A stretch of DNA of 63,791 nt, filler included, from Octopus bimaculoides (Eukaryota): assembly GCF_001194135.2 (NCBI RefSeq). It is 6 parts of 5 records of this genome, joined end to end, with 100 filler letters (N's around TTAATTAATTAA, not from the genome) between each part and the next. Parts side by side here need not be neighbours in the genome. Positions count along the whole stretch, not along the records: positions 1 to 29,805 come from NC_068985.1; 5 more parts are not named here. One strand, written 5' to 3'. How positions within the stretch are numbered: position 1 is the first letter of the stretch; every line of letters starts with the position of its first letter. The position numbers and the translations under genes are program-made. Shown piece after piece: positions 11,691 through 24,518 of this stretch. The notes beneath the pieces were generated by a model, which worked only from the letters and a program-made list of their open reading frames with translations, ran no database searches and was not told the origin of the DNA.

Positions 11691-13345
11691 ACAGACATTA
11701 CGACAGAGATAGTTCAGTGTTAGTGGGATTACGAGTTCCATTGCATTGAAAAATTTAAAAAACCATTATCTGATTGTGGAGTGTTGTCTCATTTTTAAAA
11801 CTTCTTCCATAAGCCATATAATTTCGCTTTGCATCGAGACAGATATAAAAGATGTATATCGTTGGAAATCTTTTATTTATTTATTTATTTTTGAGTCATT
11901 AGTAAAGATGTATTTTTAAAAAAGAAAATAAAAAATTGTTATCACTACAGGCGATATTTTCATTGTAATCACTATGAAACACCATTTTATCAAACGCATA
12001 AAAAATGGAATCATTTCTACGATAAATTATAAAATGTCGTGTTCCTGCCTACCACCCGAAACTTTTGCAACATTTTTTATGTGCGATAGAGTTGCTGCTA
12101 AAACATTTATTGTTTGACAAACGTTTTGCCAGTTTGTAGATATTTACTTTAAAACGATTGTCAGTTTTCCGACAAGTACAAAAATGATGGCAAAAGTAAC
12201 AGCAAGCAGCCTAAACTAGGGAAGTAAAATTTCTAATGAAAAGAAGAAAACTGTTTTAACTATTAGTTTCGATTGGCAGGGTGTCGTATTTAATCCTGAA
12301 AAATTACATTTAATCAAAGAATCAAGTTGAGTAAATTTTACTTTGGTTGCTACAACAATTTGAAATTAATGTTAAGTTTCAAATGACTATGATTATTTGT
12401 AAACAGAAGAAATCTCATCAGTCACATGATGGTCAGAAAATTTTACAAGTTTTAGAATTTTTAATCGAAAACAAAGTAATTGAAAAAGTGGAGAACTAAC
12501 ATTCAAAACAAAAACACCCACTGAATACCTTTTAAACTATAAACTATTGTCTTTCTCTAAGAATTGTTAAACTTCGGAGTGTTTAATTTAGCGTAATTTA
12601 TTTGCTTCAAGTTATGCCGTGCTGACAATTCCAAACAAGGATGAAATGACACTTTATACAACTACCAACGATTGAAAAATTTTATATCTTAAGAATGTTT
12701 TTTTTTTAAATGATAAATAATCTGCGCACCTATTTTTATGATTTAAAATCCTAACTTCCAACCCGGCATTAACTTACTTAAGCTAGAGGGGATTGTCTCC
12801 CCTACTACAGCTGACCAATAGGACCAAACTGCGCGTGTGATCACTTGTTAGTTTCACAGTAAAAGCTTTAAAGTTGGAAAACAAACTTCAGAGACTTGAT
12901 CTCAACCGAAAAAATTTTCTTCTGATTCTAAGCTTCTATGTTAACTATTGGAAAAGAGTTTTACTGAGTAAAAATAATTTTGCAATTTAAATTGTAAGGT
13001 CAAATTGGCAATTCTGTTCACTGAAGCTCTGCAGTTTCAGGGCATTAACATGAATTTATATACTCACTTGAAACTGCATTAGATTAAAAAACGTCTTGTG
13101 CAGAACATTTGTAAGGTATATACAAACGTGGTTAGCTTTCGCACAAATCAATAAATGCTTTGTTTATTGAAAATAGTTTTTTTTTTCTTTTTTTTAAGCT
13201 GCGACAAATAGAATCAAGTAGAAAATAATAAGGATACTACATTATACAGACAAGAAGGTAGTATTTCGAACGCAGTATAGCCGTGAAATCAGCAAAAAGA
13301 TAGGGATTTTACCCTTGTAAGACGGAAAAAAAAATTTTGTCAACA

Positions 13346-13415
13346 GACAGCCCTCGGACTCGAGCCCATACCCCTCAGATACCAGCTGAGTACCCTACGA
13401 TGAAGCTAAACTGCC
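13346..13415 (-). pseudogene. Degenerate tRNA-like sequence (anticodon GGT, Thr-like); probably a tRNA pseudogene or SINE head
   Basis: GGCAGTT...GGCTGTC acceptor stem with G:U pairs, perfect CTCAG/CTGAG anticodon stem around CTGGTAT, degenerate D and T arms (CTCGAGT). Confidence 0.4.
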
Positions 13416-13529
13416 CCCTAGTAGAAATCGACGTCAAATTTAACACTAAATATCATAGTTATTTTGGAATGCAATAACATATGTAAACAAACTTTGTTTT
13501 TGGAAGGATACTATATATTTACATAAGGA

Positions 13530-16184
13530 GGTTAATGTTTACAAGTACACCGGCACGCAAAAAATCGACGGTTTTTTTTTGTTTTTTTTTTCAGCGGATT
13601 CCCATGCTTTCGCTGACGGAGATTTCGGATATGCCAAAAACCATGTTTTCAAAATTTTAAATTTCCCCCTCCCCACCCCAAATTTTTAGATTTTAACTTT
13701 CTTCAATTTTTTTCTTATTTTAATTGGTATACGCGGAAAAATATGGAGATTAAGAATATGGAAAAAAAAAAGTTAATTTCAAATTTTCTATGAGAAAACT
13801 CCAAAATTGATTCATGCTCCCCATCCTCGCAACCCCATCCCGCTGTGCAAAAATTAAAATGAACGGCTTGTTTGTTTGTGTGTGCACGTGCGAATGTACA
13901 GAGAAAATACATCGAAATATGTTTTATATACCTGTCGGTTTTACATACGTCGGTTTTGCTTTTTCATTTTAAAGGTAAACGGTCTTGATGAAAGCAAACA
14001 CGATATTCAATATGTTTGTGTTCTTCTTTTAGAAAGAATAAAGACTTCATGAGACTTCGTTCATGTGTATCTGCGTGCAGGTGTATGTGTGTGTAGGGGG
14101 GAGGGGTGCACAAGAAAAACATTTACGGAAAGGTATTGATAAAAATTCTATGAAAATAAGTTATCTTTATATGTCATATTTGCAATTCTCCACATAAATG
14201 ATAGGAAAATTGGGTATTAAATGCTGGTTCAGTGAATTTACGGAATTTACCAAATGCCGTCGCCTTCGAGTACAAAATGGAAGGTCGCCCTACACTTCAT
14301 TTACACCCTTGAATTTGAAGACCTGATACAACAGCATGGCTCTTTGCAACTCTTGCAATGTCAGTCTATATGAAGGCATACTGCGTCTTCACGGCTATGA
14401 TGATGCCTCTATTGCATTTTTAGCCGAACACGGCCTCCTGTTGCGTACACCAGATACCCCGTGCTAGAACTGCAATATCCTATGCGACAAGGGACAAACA
14501 TATGGCGCTGTCATAAGGTGATGCGACGACGTGGACGGTCTAGAAGGGAATGTAGATATTCTATATCTACATTTAAGGACACCTTTTTGGAAGGTGTCCA
14601 TCTTCTGCCTTGCTAAGTTTTGCATTTTCTGAACCACTTCTTTAGCGCAGCTTCGTCGCACAAATCAATAGAGAAAAACCTTGGATTTTGCCATAGAACC
14701 GTTGTAGATTGGCAGTCTTTTTGTTCGGAGGTCTGCCAGTTTGGGGCAGAAAACCCCCAAACTGCCATCAGAGGACCGGGAATTGAAGTAAAAATTGACG
14801 AGATGGTTTTGGATCTGTCGGAAATACCAACGCAGCAGGATTGTGAAAACGGTTTGGCCTTTGGCGGACTGGAACGGTTAAGTAAGAAGGTATTCATGGT
14901 TTCACTGTTAAACGAATGTGGGGAGGCCGACAGACGAAATGCTGGGACTCTGACTGCACTCATTACCCGTTACATCAGGCAGGGGTCAATTATTTATAGT
15001 GATTGTTGGCGTACCTATAATAACCTCAACAACCTGGGCTATACGCACTATCAAGTGAACTATAGTCAGCATTTTGTTGATCCCATCAAACCATCTGTTC
15101 ACACTCAAAATATTGAGCGTTTGTAGGGAACGTTCAAGAAGAGCATTATTCGATCTGGAATGAGGCCTGAGTACCTGAAGCAGTACGTCATTCGGTTCCT
15201 TTTCTTACGGGCTGTCTCACCACCAACCCAGCGACTTCATAAGTTTCTTGTGGAAGCTGCAATATTATATCCAGATTCCTGAAGACACGGAAGACTATAT
15301 ACAAAAATTATTTAATTAGTATCTTTTAAAACATACATAACACATTTATGTGTAGTTAACAGAAACAAGGCAACACCACACATTTTCATAATACACACCT
15401 ATAAAGCATATTCATTAACTCATACGTTGTCATTTATTTTCTCTCTTTTTCAATATTTAATGAGAAAAGAGTATGTTGTTCCCAAAACCGTTAAAACTTT
15501 AATTTCAATACCCATTTTCCTATCATTTATGTGGAGAATTGCAAATATGGCATATAAAGATAACTTCATAGAATTTTTATCAATACCTTTCTGTAAATGT
15601 TTTTCTTGCACACTTCTCCCACCCAACACACACACACACACACACACACACACCTGCACGCGGATACACATGGACGAAGTCTCATGAAGTTTTTATTCTT
15701 TCTGAATGAAGAACAAACATATTATTGAATATCGTGTTTGCTTCTATCAGGACCGTTTACCTTTAAAGCGAAAAATCAGAACCGACGTATACGACAGGTA
15801 TGTAAAACATATTTCGTTGTATTTCCTCTGTACATTCGCACGTGCACACACAAACACACAAGCCGTTCGTTTTCACTTTTAGGCAGCGGGATGGGATTGC
15901 GAGGGAAGTATTANNNNNNNNNNTTCTCATAGAAAATTTGAAATTAACTTTTTTTTTTTTTTCCATATTCTTAATCTCCATATTTTTCCACGTAGATTGA
16001 ATGAAAAATTTGGAGAAAAGTTAAACTTTTAAAATTTGAGGTGGTGAGGGGGAACTTAAAAATTTTGAAAACATGGTTGTTGGTATATTCAGAATCTCCG
16101 TCATCGAAAACTTAGGAATCCGCTGAAATTTTTTTTTTTTTAATGGTCGATTTTTGCGTGCCGGTGTACTTCTTAAAGTTAACC
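13530..16184 (+). mobile_element. Merlin/ISXO2 transposon with ~690-bp terminal inverted repeats and an 8-bp TSD; transposase pseudogene ~14400-15282
   Basis: 13530-~14218 is the reverse complement of ~15503-16184, both starting GGTTAA; flanks CATAAGGA (13522-13529) and CATATGGA (16185-16192); ORF 14620-15126 has VKIDEM, IYSDCWRTY and VHTQNIERL, with an upstream CxxC-like remnant and in-frame stops. Confidence 0.93.
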
Positions 16185-16210
16185 CATATGGATACTATAT
16201 ATTTACGTAC

Positions 16211-16278
16211 CAACTTATTTTTTCTGATGCTTTCAATAGTCTTCAAAAGTCCAAGAGTATTGTATACATTCTGGAAAT
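16211..16278 (-). CDS. Candidate exon of the unidentified minus-strand gene (DFQNVYNTLGLLKTIESIRKNKL)
   Basis: ttttcaatgcctattgcAG acceptor, open in phase 1 (compatible with the 18657 donor), donor GTACGT. Confidence 0.25.
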
Positions 16279-17674
16279 CTGCAATAGGCATTGAAAACAC
16301 CGGTTATAAAATTAAATTTATTTGCAGTAATTACGTAAATTACTATACAATCCCGGAAAATGTATTCACAAAAAATACAAAAGAAAAAATAAAATTTAAG
16401 AATAAATATTCAAATTATATATTTTAGGGAATATGGCGTTGCTTTCTTAAATATTTATCAAACTCAACTAGAACTATCTTCCGAACTGAGAACATGTAAC
16501 AATTTTAAAAGAATTAATATCTACCTGGGAAAATGAGGGCGGCGAGTAGGCAACATCGTTTGCAAGCGAGGAAAAATCCTTGGCAACATTTCTTCTGTCT
16601 TTACGATCTGAGTTCTAATTTCGCTAAGCACGACTTTGTTTTTGATCTTTTCGGGGTCGATAAAATAAGTACCTATTGGGTACTGGAGTTGGTGTATTCG
16701 ACTTGCCCCTCTCCCTCAAACGTGCTGGCCTTCTGCCAAAATTTGAAACCCATATTTATGGAAAAACTAACGACAGCTAGTATCTTTTCCAAGAAATTTA
16801 TAAAAGAAAACATAACAGCTTTATGAATGTATAAGTATATTCATATGTGATACTGCATATGTTTGCGTGTGTGAGAATGTAAATGGTTATGTTTTTGTGA
16901 GTGCGTGTTGCGTGTCTTGAAAAAAACTGTTTTTGTGGCTTATTAACATCACCACCTGAACCGAAATGGAGGCGAACTGAATAGTCAGTCCATGACTATA
17001 TGCAAATGATGAAGTCACCTTCACCGCGCGATATTATAGCCTACAGGTAAACAAGCACAACACATACACTAAATAGGTGTTCGATAATGTTTACAAAACT
17101 AGTGCTGCTTCTAATTCATTTTTGAATTTATTCTTACGTATACATTGTCGGAGCATACCAGCAAATGGGTATTTTTTTAACCTGTTTCCATATTATATTC
17201 TCTTATTGTTTTACTTGTTTCAGTCATTTGAATGCGGCCAAGCCGGAGCATCGCCTTGGCTATGATGGAGCACTGCCTTGGCTATGCTATGCAGAAAAAA
17301 GTTCGTGAGCTCTATTTTGTGAGTTGCTACTTTGTTTAGTCTCAGATTAGTCTTGATCAATCTAGACTAATCTGAGAACATTTATTATCAAAGACTTTTA
17401 CATGTTAAATCAACCAAATATCTCTTAAACATTGTGGGACTCAGAAACACTACTCTGCATATTTCTCATCTCTTCGTGGTCACATGAATGCTGGAAATAG
17501 TACTCAGTCTCACATTTGTTATGAAGTAAAGTTATATACATGAAGGTTACTAAGCCGAAACTGAACTAACTGCCAAACTTTTCCTTGTAAAAATAATAAT
17601 TACTTACATACATACATACACACATATATACATCATACATACATCATACATACACACACACACACACACACACG

Positions 17675-17732
<58 letters not shown>

Positions 17733-18656
17733 CATATATACAAATGAATATAAATATATGTAAGTATATATATGCGAGCGCGCGAGCACGTTCTCAAACA
17801 CACACACACTCACGCACATACACTCACACACGCGAGCGCGTGCGCGCGTGGAGAGAGGAGGAGGAAATGTTGCGAAAACATCATAAATACTTATCGATCT
17901 GCTAAACTGATAAGCTATTTGATTTAGTTTACATACAGTCTAATCAATACCAACAGACACCCAGACTATATATGTATTAGCCGTATCTATCAATCGAGAG
18001 AGGTCAAATAAGTGTTACAACGGTCATATTTTTCCAAGTGTATTGGTGATCGAATTGAGATGAAATAACTACAAATAAAAATAGTGACTAGAACGTAGAA
18101 GTTCACCAAGAGTTCACCAGTAATATACCTTGAGTAGTTATTGTTGTTTCGCCCCCAGTGAACCCTGATCTATATATAACAAAAGACGCTCTAGTCGTAA
18201 CTATCCTTTCATTGTATTTCCACATATAGTAAATCTAGAATTATGTTATCCGGTGATTACACATGTTCAAAGTTGTTACACTGCAAAAGAAAATTTGTTT
18301 TTAAATACGAAAACTATAATCTGTGGAAGTGTTTGTTCGTTCCTCCTGACTTTACATTCTTAAAGCATTTTAGAAGATAACGTTCATATTAAATATTCTC
18401 TGTGAATAAAATACTAAAAGGAATGAACAAAAGAAATGGTAGCTTATTCTTTGGCTCGAATGCCAAGCTAGCAGACTGTATATCAGGAAGAAACAAATTT
18501 CCTAATATTGGCGAATATTAAATGCTCGAGCATCGGAACATACGCTGTGATCTATTTGTTGAATTTATGCTACTAGTCTTCTCTTGTCTACATATCTTTG
18601 ACTATAATTAAAACCCTTATTAGACTAGTGTGATTGACTTTTACATGAGCAATTAC

Positions 18657-18693
18657 CTGCTATTTGATAACGAATTTTGTTCGAAACTGCCAT
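18657..18693 (-). CDS. Candidate first coding exon of an unidentified minus-strand gene (MAVSNKIRYQIA)
   Basis: CAAGATGGCAG start context, 37-nt CDS, donor GTAATT, about 300 bp from a promoter-like motif cluster. No homology recognised. Confidence 0.3.
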
Positions 18694-18959
18694 CTTGTTT
18701 AGATTTACAAACTTCAGTATATTCGGGATAATTTGATACGTTTGCAGTATACCAGGAATTATATTGCATGGTCTTAAAGATTTTCCAAAGACAACGTCAA
18801 ACTGTGCTACAGACACGATTCACATGATATTCGAGGTTTAAAAACATAAGTTTCTATTTGACAAGTAACACAAATCCTATATTTCAAAAGATAGGAAAAT
18901 ACAAAGTTGGGACCGGTATTCCTACCATAAGGGTGAATCAATTTTGGCTCCTGGTCTTC

Positions 18960-19070
18960 ACTACGTCAAGATCATACATCTTGCTTTACCTCCCACGTCA
19001 CACCAGAACTACAATTCTCTTCCGACTACTGTGTCCGTAGATTTTTTTCTCCCTACTTCTGTTTTGACTA
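18960..19070. promoter_or_regulatory. Candidate housekeeping-type promoter motif cluster
   Basis: ACTACAATTCTC (19008-19019) resembles the ACTACAnTCCC (ZNF143/Ronin-type) element; two CRE-like half sites TACGTCA (18962) and CACGTCA (18994); further GACTAC copies nearby; unique, non-repeat sequence. Confidence 0.3.
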
Positions 19071-20127
19071 CAGAATTGTTACCATTGTTGTAGTTGCTTT
19101 GATTAACAAATGTCATTTATCTTGAGAAGAAAGAGAACAAGAAAACAGTGAAGCAAAAGTAAAACCTAAGAAACGAGGTGCGAAAAATATTTAAGAAAAC
19201 TAGTGCTCATGAAAATTCAACAGCGCAGTTTGCCCTACAAATTATTTTTCTTCCCATTCTAGTTTTCCTATGAACATGTAACAAAAGTGACACCTGAACA
19301 TAGTGAAAGAGAGACTGCCAATAAATATCCCACAATTAAATGAAATTACAGTAATTCCCAGTTGGAAGTTAACAACTAGACTGATATTTTAAACAATTTT
19401 TTTTGATGTCTTCTAAACAAGTTTATTTAGCTTTCAGAATAAGGATCATACTATGTACAAAAATACATGTGTGTTGAGTGTGGGGGNNNNNNNNNNNNNN
19501 NNNNNNNNNNNNNNNNNNNAAGGGAAGAAGGAACGGATAAGATGCGCATCAATCAAAGCCTCCTTTCCCGTTTCAGGTTAATATTATCGATGCAGGTGTT
19601 GCTCGGCAGGGAGTTGAGTGGGTTCATTGATAGTTTCGGGGGAAAACGTGGACATAGAAAATTCATGAGTGTCGTAGTTTTAAAAACTGAATTGTATGTT
19701 GTGGTGACATAAGTGAAATATTGATAAAAGTCTTGGAGGAATCTTATTCCAAGTAAGCAGTTCGGATTTAAAAGCAAACTAAATAGTAAATTTAAACAAT
19801 TTATATGCAGGAAAGTAATTCATGGAGCCATCTGGATTGATTAGTAGCGTCTAGAAAAATTCTGGAAAGTTACTCGAAACAATCTTGGATCAGAGGACGA
19901 AGTCACAACTTGAGGGGCCGCACGAGGAACGACAGTAACATTATCTTTCATAACAGTCATCCTGTAAGTTTGCAATCCCAATTAGTGATGTTGACTGACT
20001 TCTACCAGGCGTTGTAAGTAGTGTTATTTCGCTGAACAACGAAAGTAAAACTTCTGGTTAACCTTTTGAAAGTTTCAAGGTGACTTTGGCTGTGTACGTT
20101 GAAAGTACATGCCCTAGTGGATGAGAT

Positions 20128-20365
20128 TTGGAAAGTGGAAACGCAATTGCTAGGTCATGGATTTCATTCTGGTACTGGGTGGTGCATTGTGTCTTTGAGC
20201 AGGGTACTTCACTTCATATTACTCTAATTTACTCGGCTGAAAATGAGTACCAGTGCCACCCGGAGATTAACTCCCCTATACACTGGAGTCCCGTTCAGGG
20301 AAATATCTTGTACTCCCAGCCCTTCAAAATCTGGATAAACTCTGGCCTCAGAAACCTGTAAGCTT
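20128..20365 (+). mobile_element. Old SINE with CORE- and V/Meta-like central domains; related copies at 59695-60015 (+) and ~21880-22150 (-)
   Basis: ttgtgtctttgagcagggtacttcac...gctgaaaatgagtacc...cactggagtcccgttcaggg resembles widespread animal SINE central domains (recalled, not searched). Confidence 0.5.
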
Positions 20366-21011
20366 GAAGCAGATTTTATTCTACTTGTCTGTGGGATGAT
20401 GAGCGATATACCAAGGGGAAAACTTAGGAGTCGCTTATACCATGGTTCTGACATATATGTATGTTATTTCTCTTTGCGGTTTTCATTGAAAGAATACTTG
20501 ACAGTAAAAAAATATTTTCTTGCAGAATATGAAAGACCTATGACACATGAGAAATAATAAACATCTGAAAAAAAATTTGATGCTAATATAAAAAGTAAAA
20601 TCAACTAAGAGACTTCCAGAATGGTGCAATGATGTTATCACATCATGTTGAACAATTTATTAATCTATTTTCTTAATATATCTAAGTTAGTGTTAGGATA
20701 TGTCATACAGTGAGCACTTAAAAAGATATAGAGATATCATTATATAATGAGTAAAAAACATAATTATAGTATTATTTTCCGATTTTCGGAAATTTTTCAA
20801 TACTACATTGAATGAGTTCAGATTCTGTAAAGCATAGTTATCGCAGTACTTGCCGAACTATTGATAATATTGTACATTGGTCGTCGCAGCACAAAAGAAA
20901 GAACCGGCTCTTTCTCTATTGGCAAGAAACCTTGAAATAAAACTGAACAATGACATACATACATATATGTATGTATGTATGAATGTATATGTATGTATAT
21001 ATATATGTATA

Positions 21012-21088
<77 letters not shown>

Positions 21089-22533
21089 TTAGAATATAGA
21101 ATGTTGTTGGTAATGACTTTGAAGTTTCGGTTGGCTAAGCCATCGTTATATATATAACTGACAAAATTCTGCATGACTACCAAATTTCGTTCAAAGGGCG
21201 TTGCTCATCTTTAGCTATGCTGAGAGGGAAATGTTATACTGCTGGATCGAACCTAGAACCACGTGGTTGCAAATCAAACTACTTCGACACACATCCATAT
21301 TAATTAAATCTCAAAATATTTCTATATACAAGAGACAATTAAGTGAAACTATTGGTGATGTTGTTTATGTTGTTTAGCCCCGGGTCACCTCCTTATATAG
21401 CTGGCTTATGATCAATAGCATTCCAGCCTTGACTTTCCCGTCTTTTAGCAACATATCAAAGAGTATATTATCTAATGTATGCCTTTCATTTTTACAATGA
21501 TGAAATACAATTTGAAAGAGATTTGCTTGTTAGTTCTAGCACGAGAAGACAATACGTAAAGGCTCTCGCGTTGTTTCCAAATATTGATATTGTTCATGTT
21601 GTTGTTGTTGTTGTACATGAGTGTGCGAGATGCTGAAAATTCCTGGTTTTTAATAAAATAAAATACAGGCGGATCAGTCAACTGTGATTTTATTCTAAGT
21701 AATCCCCTCTCAGATTCACACACTTATTGCTGCGGTCTTTCATTTTTTCTAAGCGCTGTACAAGAACTTGGTAAGTTAGGCCTTCAACAAAGCATTTCGC
21801 GATACCCCTAAAACAGGGAACTTTTTATCACTCCTGTTTGTGTCTGTTTGTGTGCATGCGAACGTGTATTGATAATGGTAGTGTCCCTCAATTCTGAAGA
21901 CTCATTGCACCGGAGCATATCTTGACCTCTCAAAGCAAATACGCAACTGAGAAGAAACAACACTCACCCCACTCGACAGGACTCAAGTCTATTGCGTTGT
22001 TAACCTCTGCGGCTGCTTCTCGTTTTCAGCTCCGTCAACTGGAGCTACATAAAATGAAGTATTTTCTTCAAGGAAACATGCTACCAAATCCTGGAATCGC
22101 ACCCAAAACTTACCGATCGTGAATTTAATACCTTACCCACTAGGCTACGCATTGGTTGAGTAACAGTTTCTGGTCACTTTTACCACGTTTCTTTTAACTG
22201 TATTGGAGAAAACAAAAGATTGTTATTTTCTGTAACTTCCATAATTTTAATAAGTGTTAAATGTAACTGAACCCTCATGTAACAGGGTTAAAGGTGCCCC
22301 AATTGCTTCCAAAAGTCAAACAGTATTTGGAAGGAGAGTGTTTGACAGGAAATGTACAGTAGTGCTAGTAATGGAATAGAAGGCAATTAGTGTAGGAGGG
22401 AGATGAAGCAGCAATTAGCGGGAAGAGAGAGAGAGGGGGGAGGAGGAAGCACTGAGCGAGAGAGAATAAGGACAGATGGAAAGAGAAGAGAGAAGAACGA
22501 AGAAAGAGGATAATTATTAGATGATGGAATGGA

Positions 22534-22650
22534 AATAGAAGAAGAAGAAGAAGAAGAAGAAGAAGAAGAAGAAGAAGAAGAAGAAGAAGAAGAAGAAGAA
22601 GAAGAAGAAGAAGAAGAAGAAGAAGAAGAAGAAGAAGAAGAAGAAGAAGA
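22534..22650. repeat. Long (GAA)n microsatellite within a purine-rich tract
   Basis: About 39 uninterrupted GAA units visible. Confidence 0.97.
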
Positions 22651-23539
22651 GGGAGGAGGAGGACGAGCAGTAATAACAGTAATTATTTATTATACAGAAA
22701 TTTATTGAAAACCAAATGCAAAACTGGTTTTCTTTTTCTTTCTTTTTGCATCTTCCTCTATTAAAATGTACTGCGCTTTCCGTCTGTTAAGATTAAAACA
22801 ATTATTTAAATGTCATGAGAAAACATTCCCCAAGACAATGCATATTTAGGTGAGGAGTTCTGGTAATGTCATGCAGTTTATAAATCACAAGACGAAACAT
22901 TAATTACTATTAATCTCTTTAAAATATTGTCCTTGTTCCAAGTAATTCGTTTCTGTCAGAAACTGAAAACTTGAACAATCAAATTAAACGAGAATTTTGC
23001 TCCCTTAATTAAACATCAATACATAAATATAACGAGAGCCAAAGAAGAGCTAACAAGGGTGTCTTTCTCCAAGTAGTTGCTAGAAATAGCAACCAACTTC
23101 AAATTACATTATGTATCTTAAAATAAAACGGGGAACATGTTAGGTAATGTCCTAGATGTACAAAATCTAGAAGTAATACGAGGTGGTCATGGTAAGAATG
23201 CCTTTGACCATAGGACCACTGAGTTAGGACTCACCTGCAGCTAAATAAAAAATGCATGTGTATGTGTTCTTTGTAAATATCATATACGTTACGATCGTAA
23301 AAAGTACTCATTGTACAAGGGCTGCACACAAAACCAAAACAAAAGGATTAGAGCCAGTGGCAGGGTAGCATACAAGACAAGTAAATAGTCTCTAAAATAT
23401 CAACAATTGTCAATAAAATTATAAGCAATGAAATTCACCAAGTCGGAAGTGCAACCTAAGGACAGCTAAGGAAATGTTCCTCTCTCCTCCGTAAATTCCA
23501 GCCTACAGCAATATGCTTAGAGTAGATCCATTTACTCGG

Positions 23540-23900
23540 GCCATTTTTGCAGCTCAAGCAATTTCAGAAAATATGTGTAAGGGGAGGTGTCGATAAAATG
23601 TAGAGCATGTGGAATTTGGGATAAAACAAAGGCATATGTTGTTGCAGAATACCCCAAGTTGGCCCAGGTAGAGTGTAGGAAATGGAGCATGATGAACTTG
23701 TACATGTTCTACACTGGAAGCTTTGTCAGAAATAGGGATTTGAAACAGGAAGTGCATGGTACAATCATCAGGGAGAAAGAGTACATGCAAGATTTTGTGG
23801 GATTATCCAATTCAAATGGATAAAAAGATAGAGCATAATCTACAATAATAGACATGGAAAGTCGAATTTGCTTAGTGATTGATCCACCGTGTCCGTCTCT
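23540..23900 (+). mobile_element. R4/Dong-clade (restriction-like endonuclease) LINE fragment
   Basis: Frameshifted IFAAQ...KCRACG...VVAEYPKLAQVECRKW...VLHWKLCQK*GFE...WY...CKILWDYPIQMDKKIEHN...ICLVID, matching the CCHC knuckle and RLE region of R2/R4-type elements. Confidence 0.8.
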
Positions 23901-24456
23901 ACGTTCTGGATTCATATGCTACCGGAGCCGGCTTTGCCTATCATCCCTTCGGGATCGATAAAATAAGTACTACTGGATCACTGGAGTCGATGTAGTCGAC
24001 TTAACCTTCTCCCTGAATTGCTGGCCTTGTGCCAAAAGTTGATATCAGTATTACAAACAAGTGAAACAAACACGAAGACGCGTTAGTTTGTAATACATTA
24101 TCATATCTTACAAGATGAAATTATTATAGTTTGTTTGAAGTTTAAGACCTTGTGAAGAGGTGGAATGGGGTGATAAGGCTTTCCGGTACATTTTCAAGAG
24201 CATTAGAAGCATGAGTCAAAATGGTTGTATCCAAATACGAAATAAAATTAGTATTGAGTCCTTTACATACCGGTTGCATACGCCAACAGTTTTCTCTTAT
24301 TTTATCACTGCGTTGGAGTATAAAAGATTAACTTCGCCCTAGTATATTACAGGCAATTATATGATTCATTTTTGAAGAATGAAATAACGCTGACTTGAGA
24401 AACTTGAATTCGAAAAGAAAGAGGATAGCCATAAAGCAATTGCTCTGACTTTTCAT

Positions 24457-24518
<62 letters not shown>

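Noticed and set aside
13068-13157. AKANHVCIYLTNVL resembles the MDH1B N-terminus (AKTELVADYLQKNL)
   Set aside because: The acceptor is weak, the CPxY motif is missing and adjacent candidate exons do not match; not enough for a gene call.
13199-13257. Strong plus-strand polypyrimidine acceptor followed by a possible donor
   Set aside because: Stops in all three frames and no supporting context; probably a poly-T tract.
10350-15282. IS1595-family transposases as evidence of bacterial contamination or recent horizontal transfer
   Set aside because: They are decayed, embedded among host SINEs and microsatellites, and fit the known eukaryotic Merlin superfamily.
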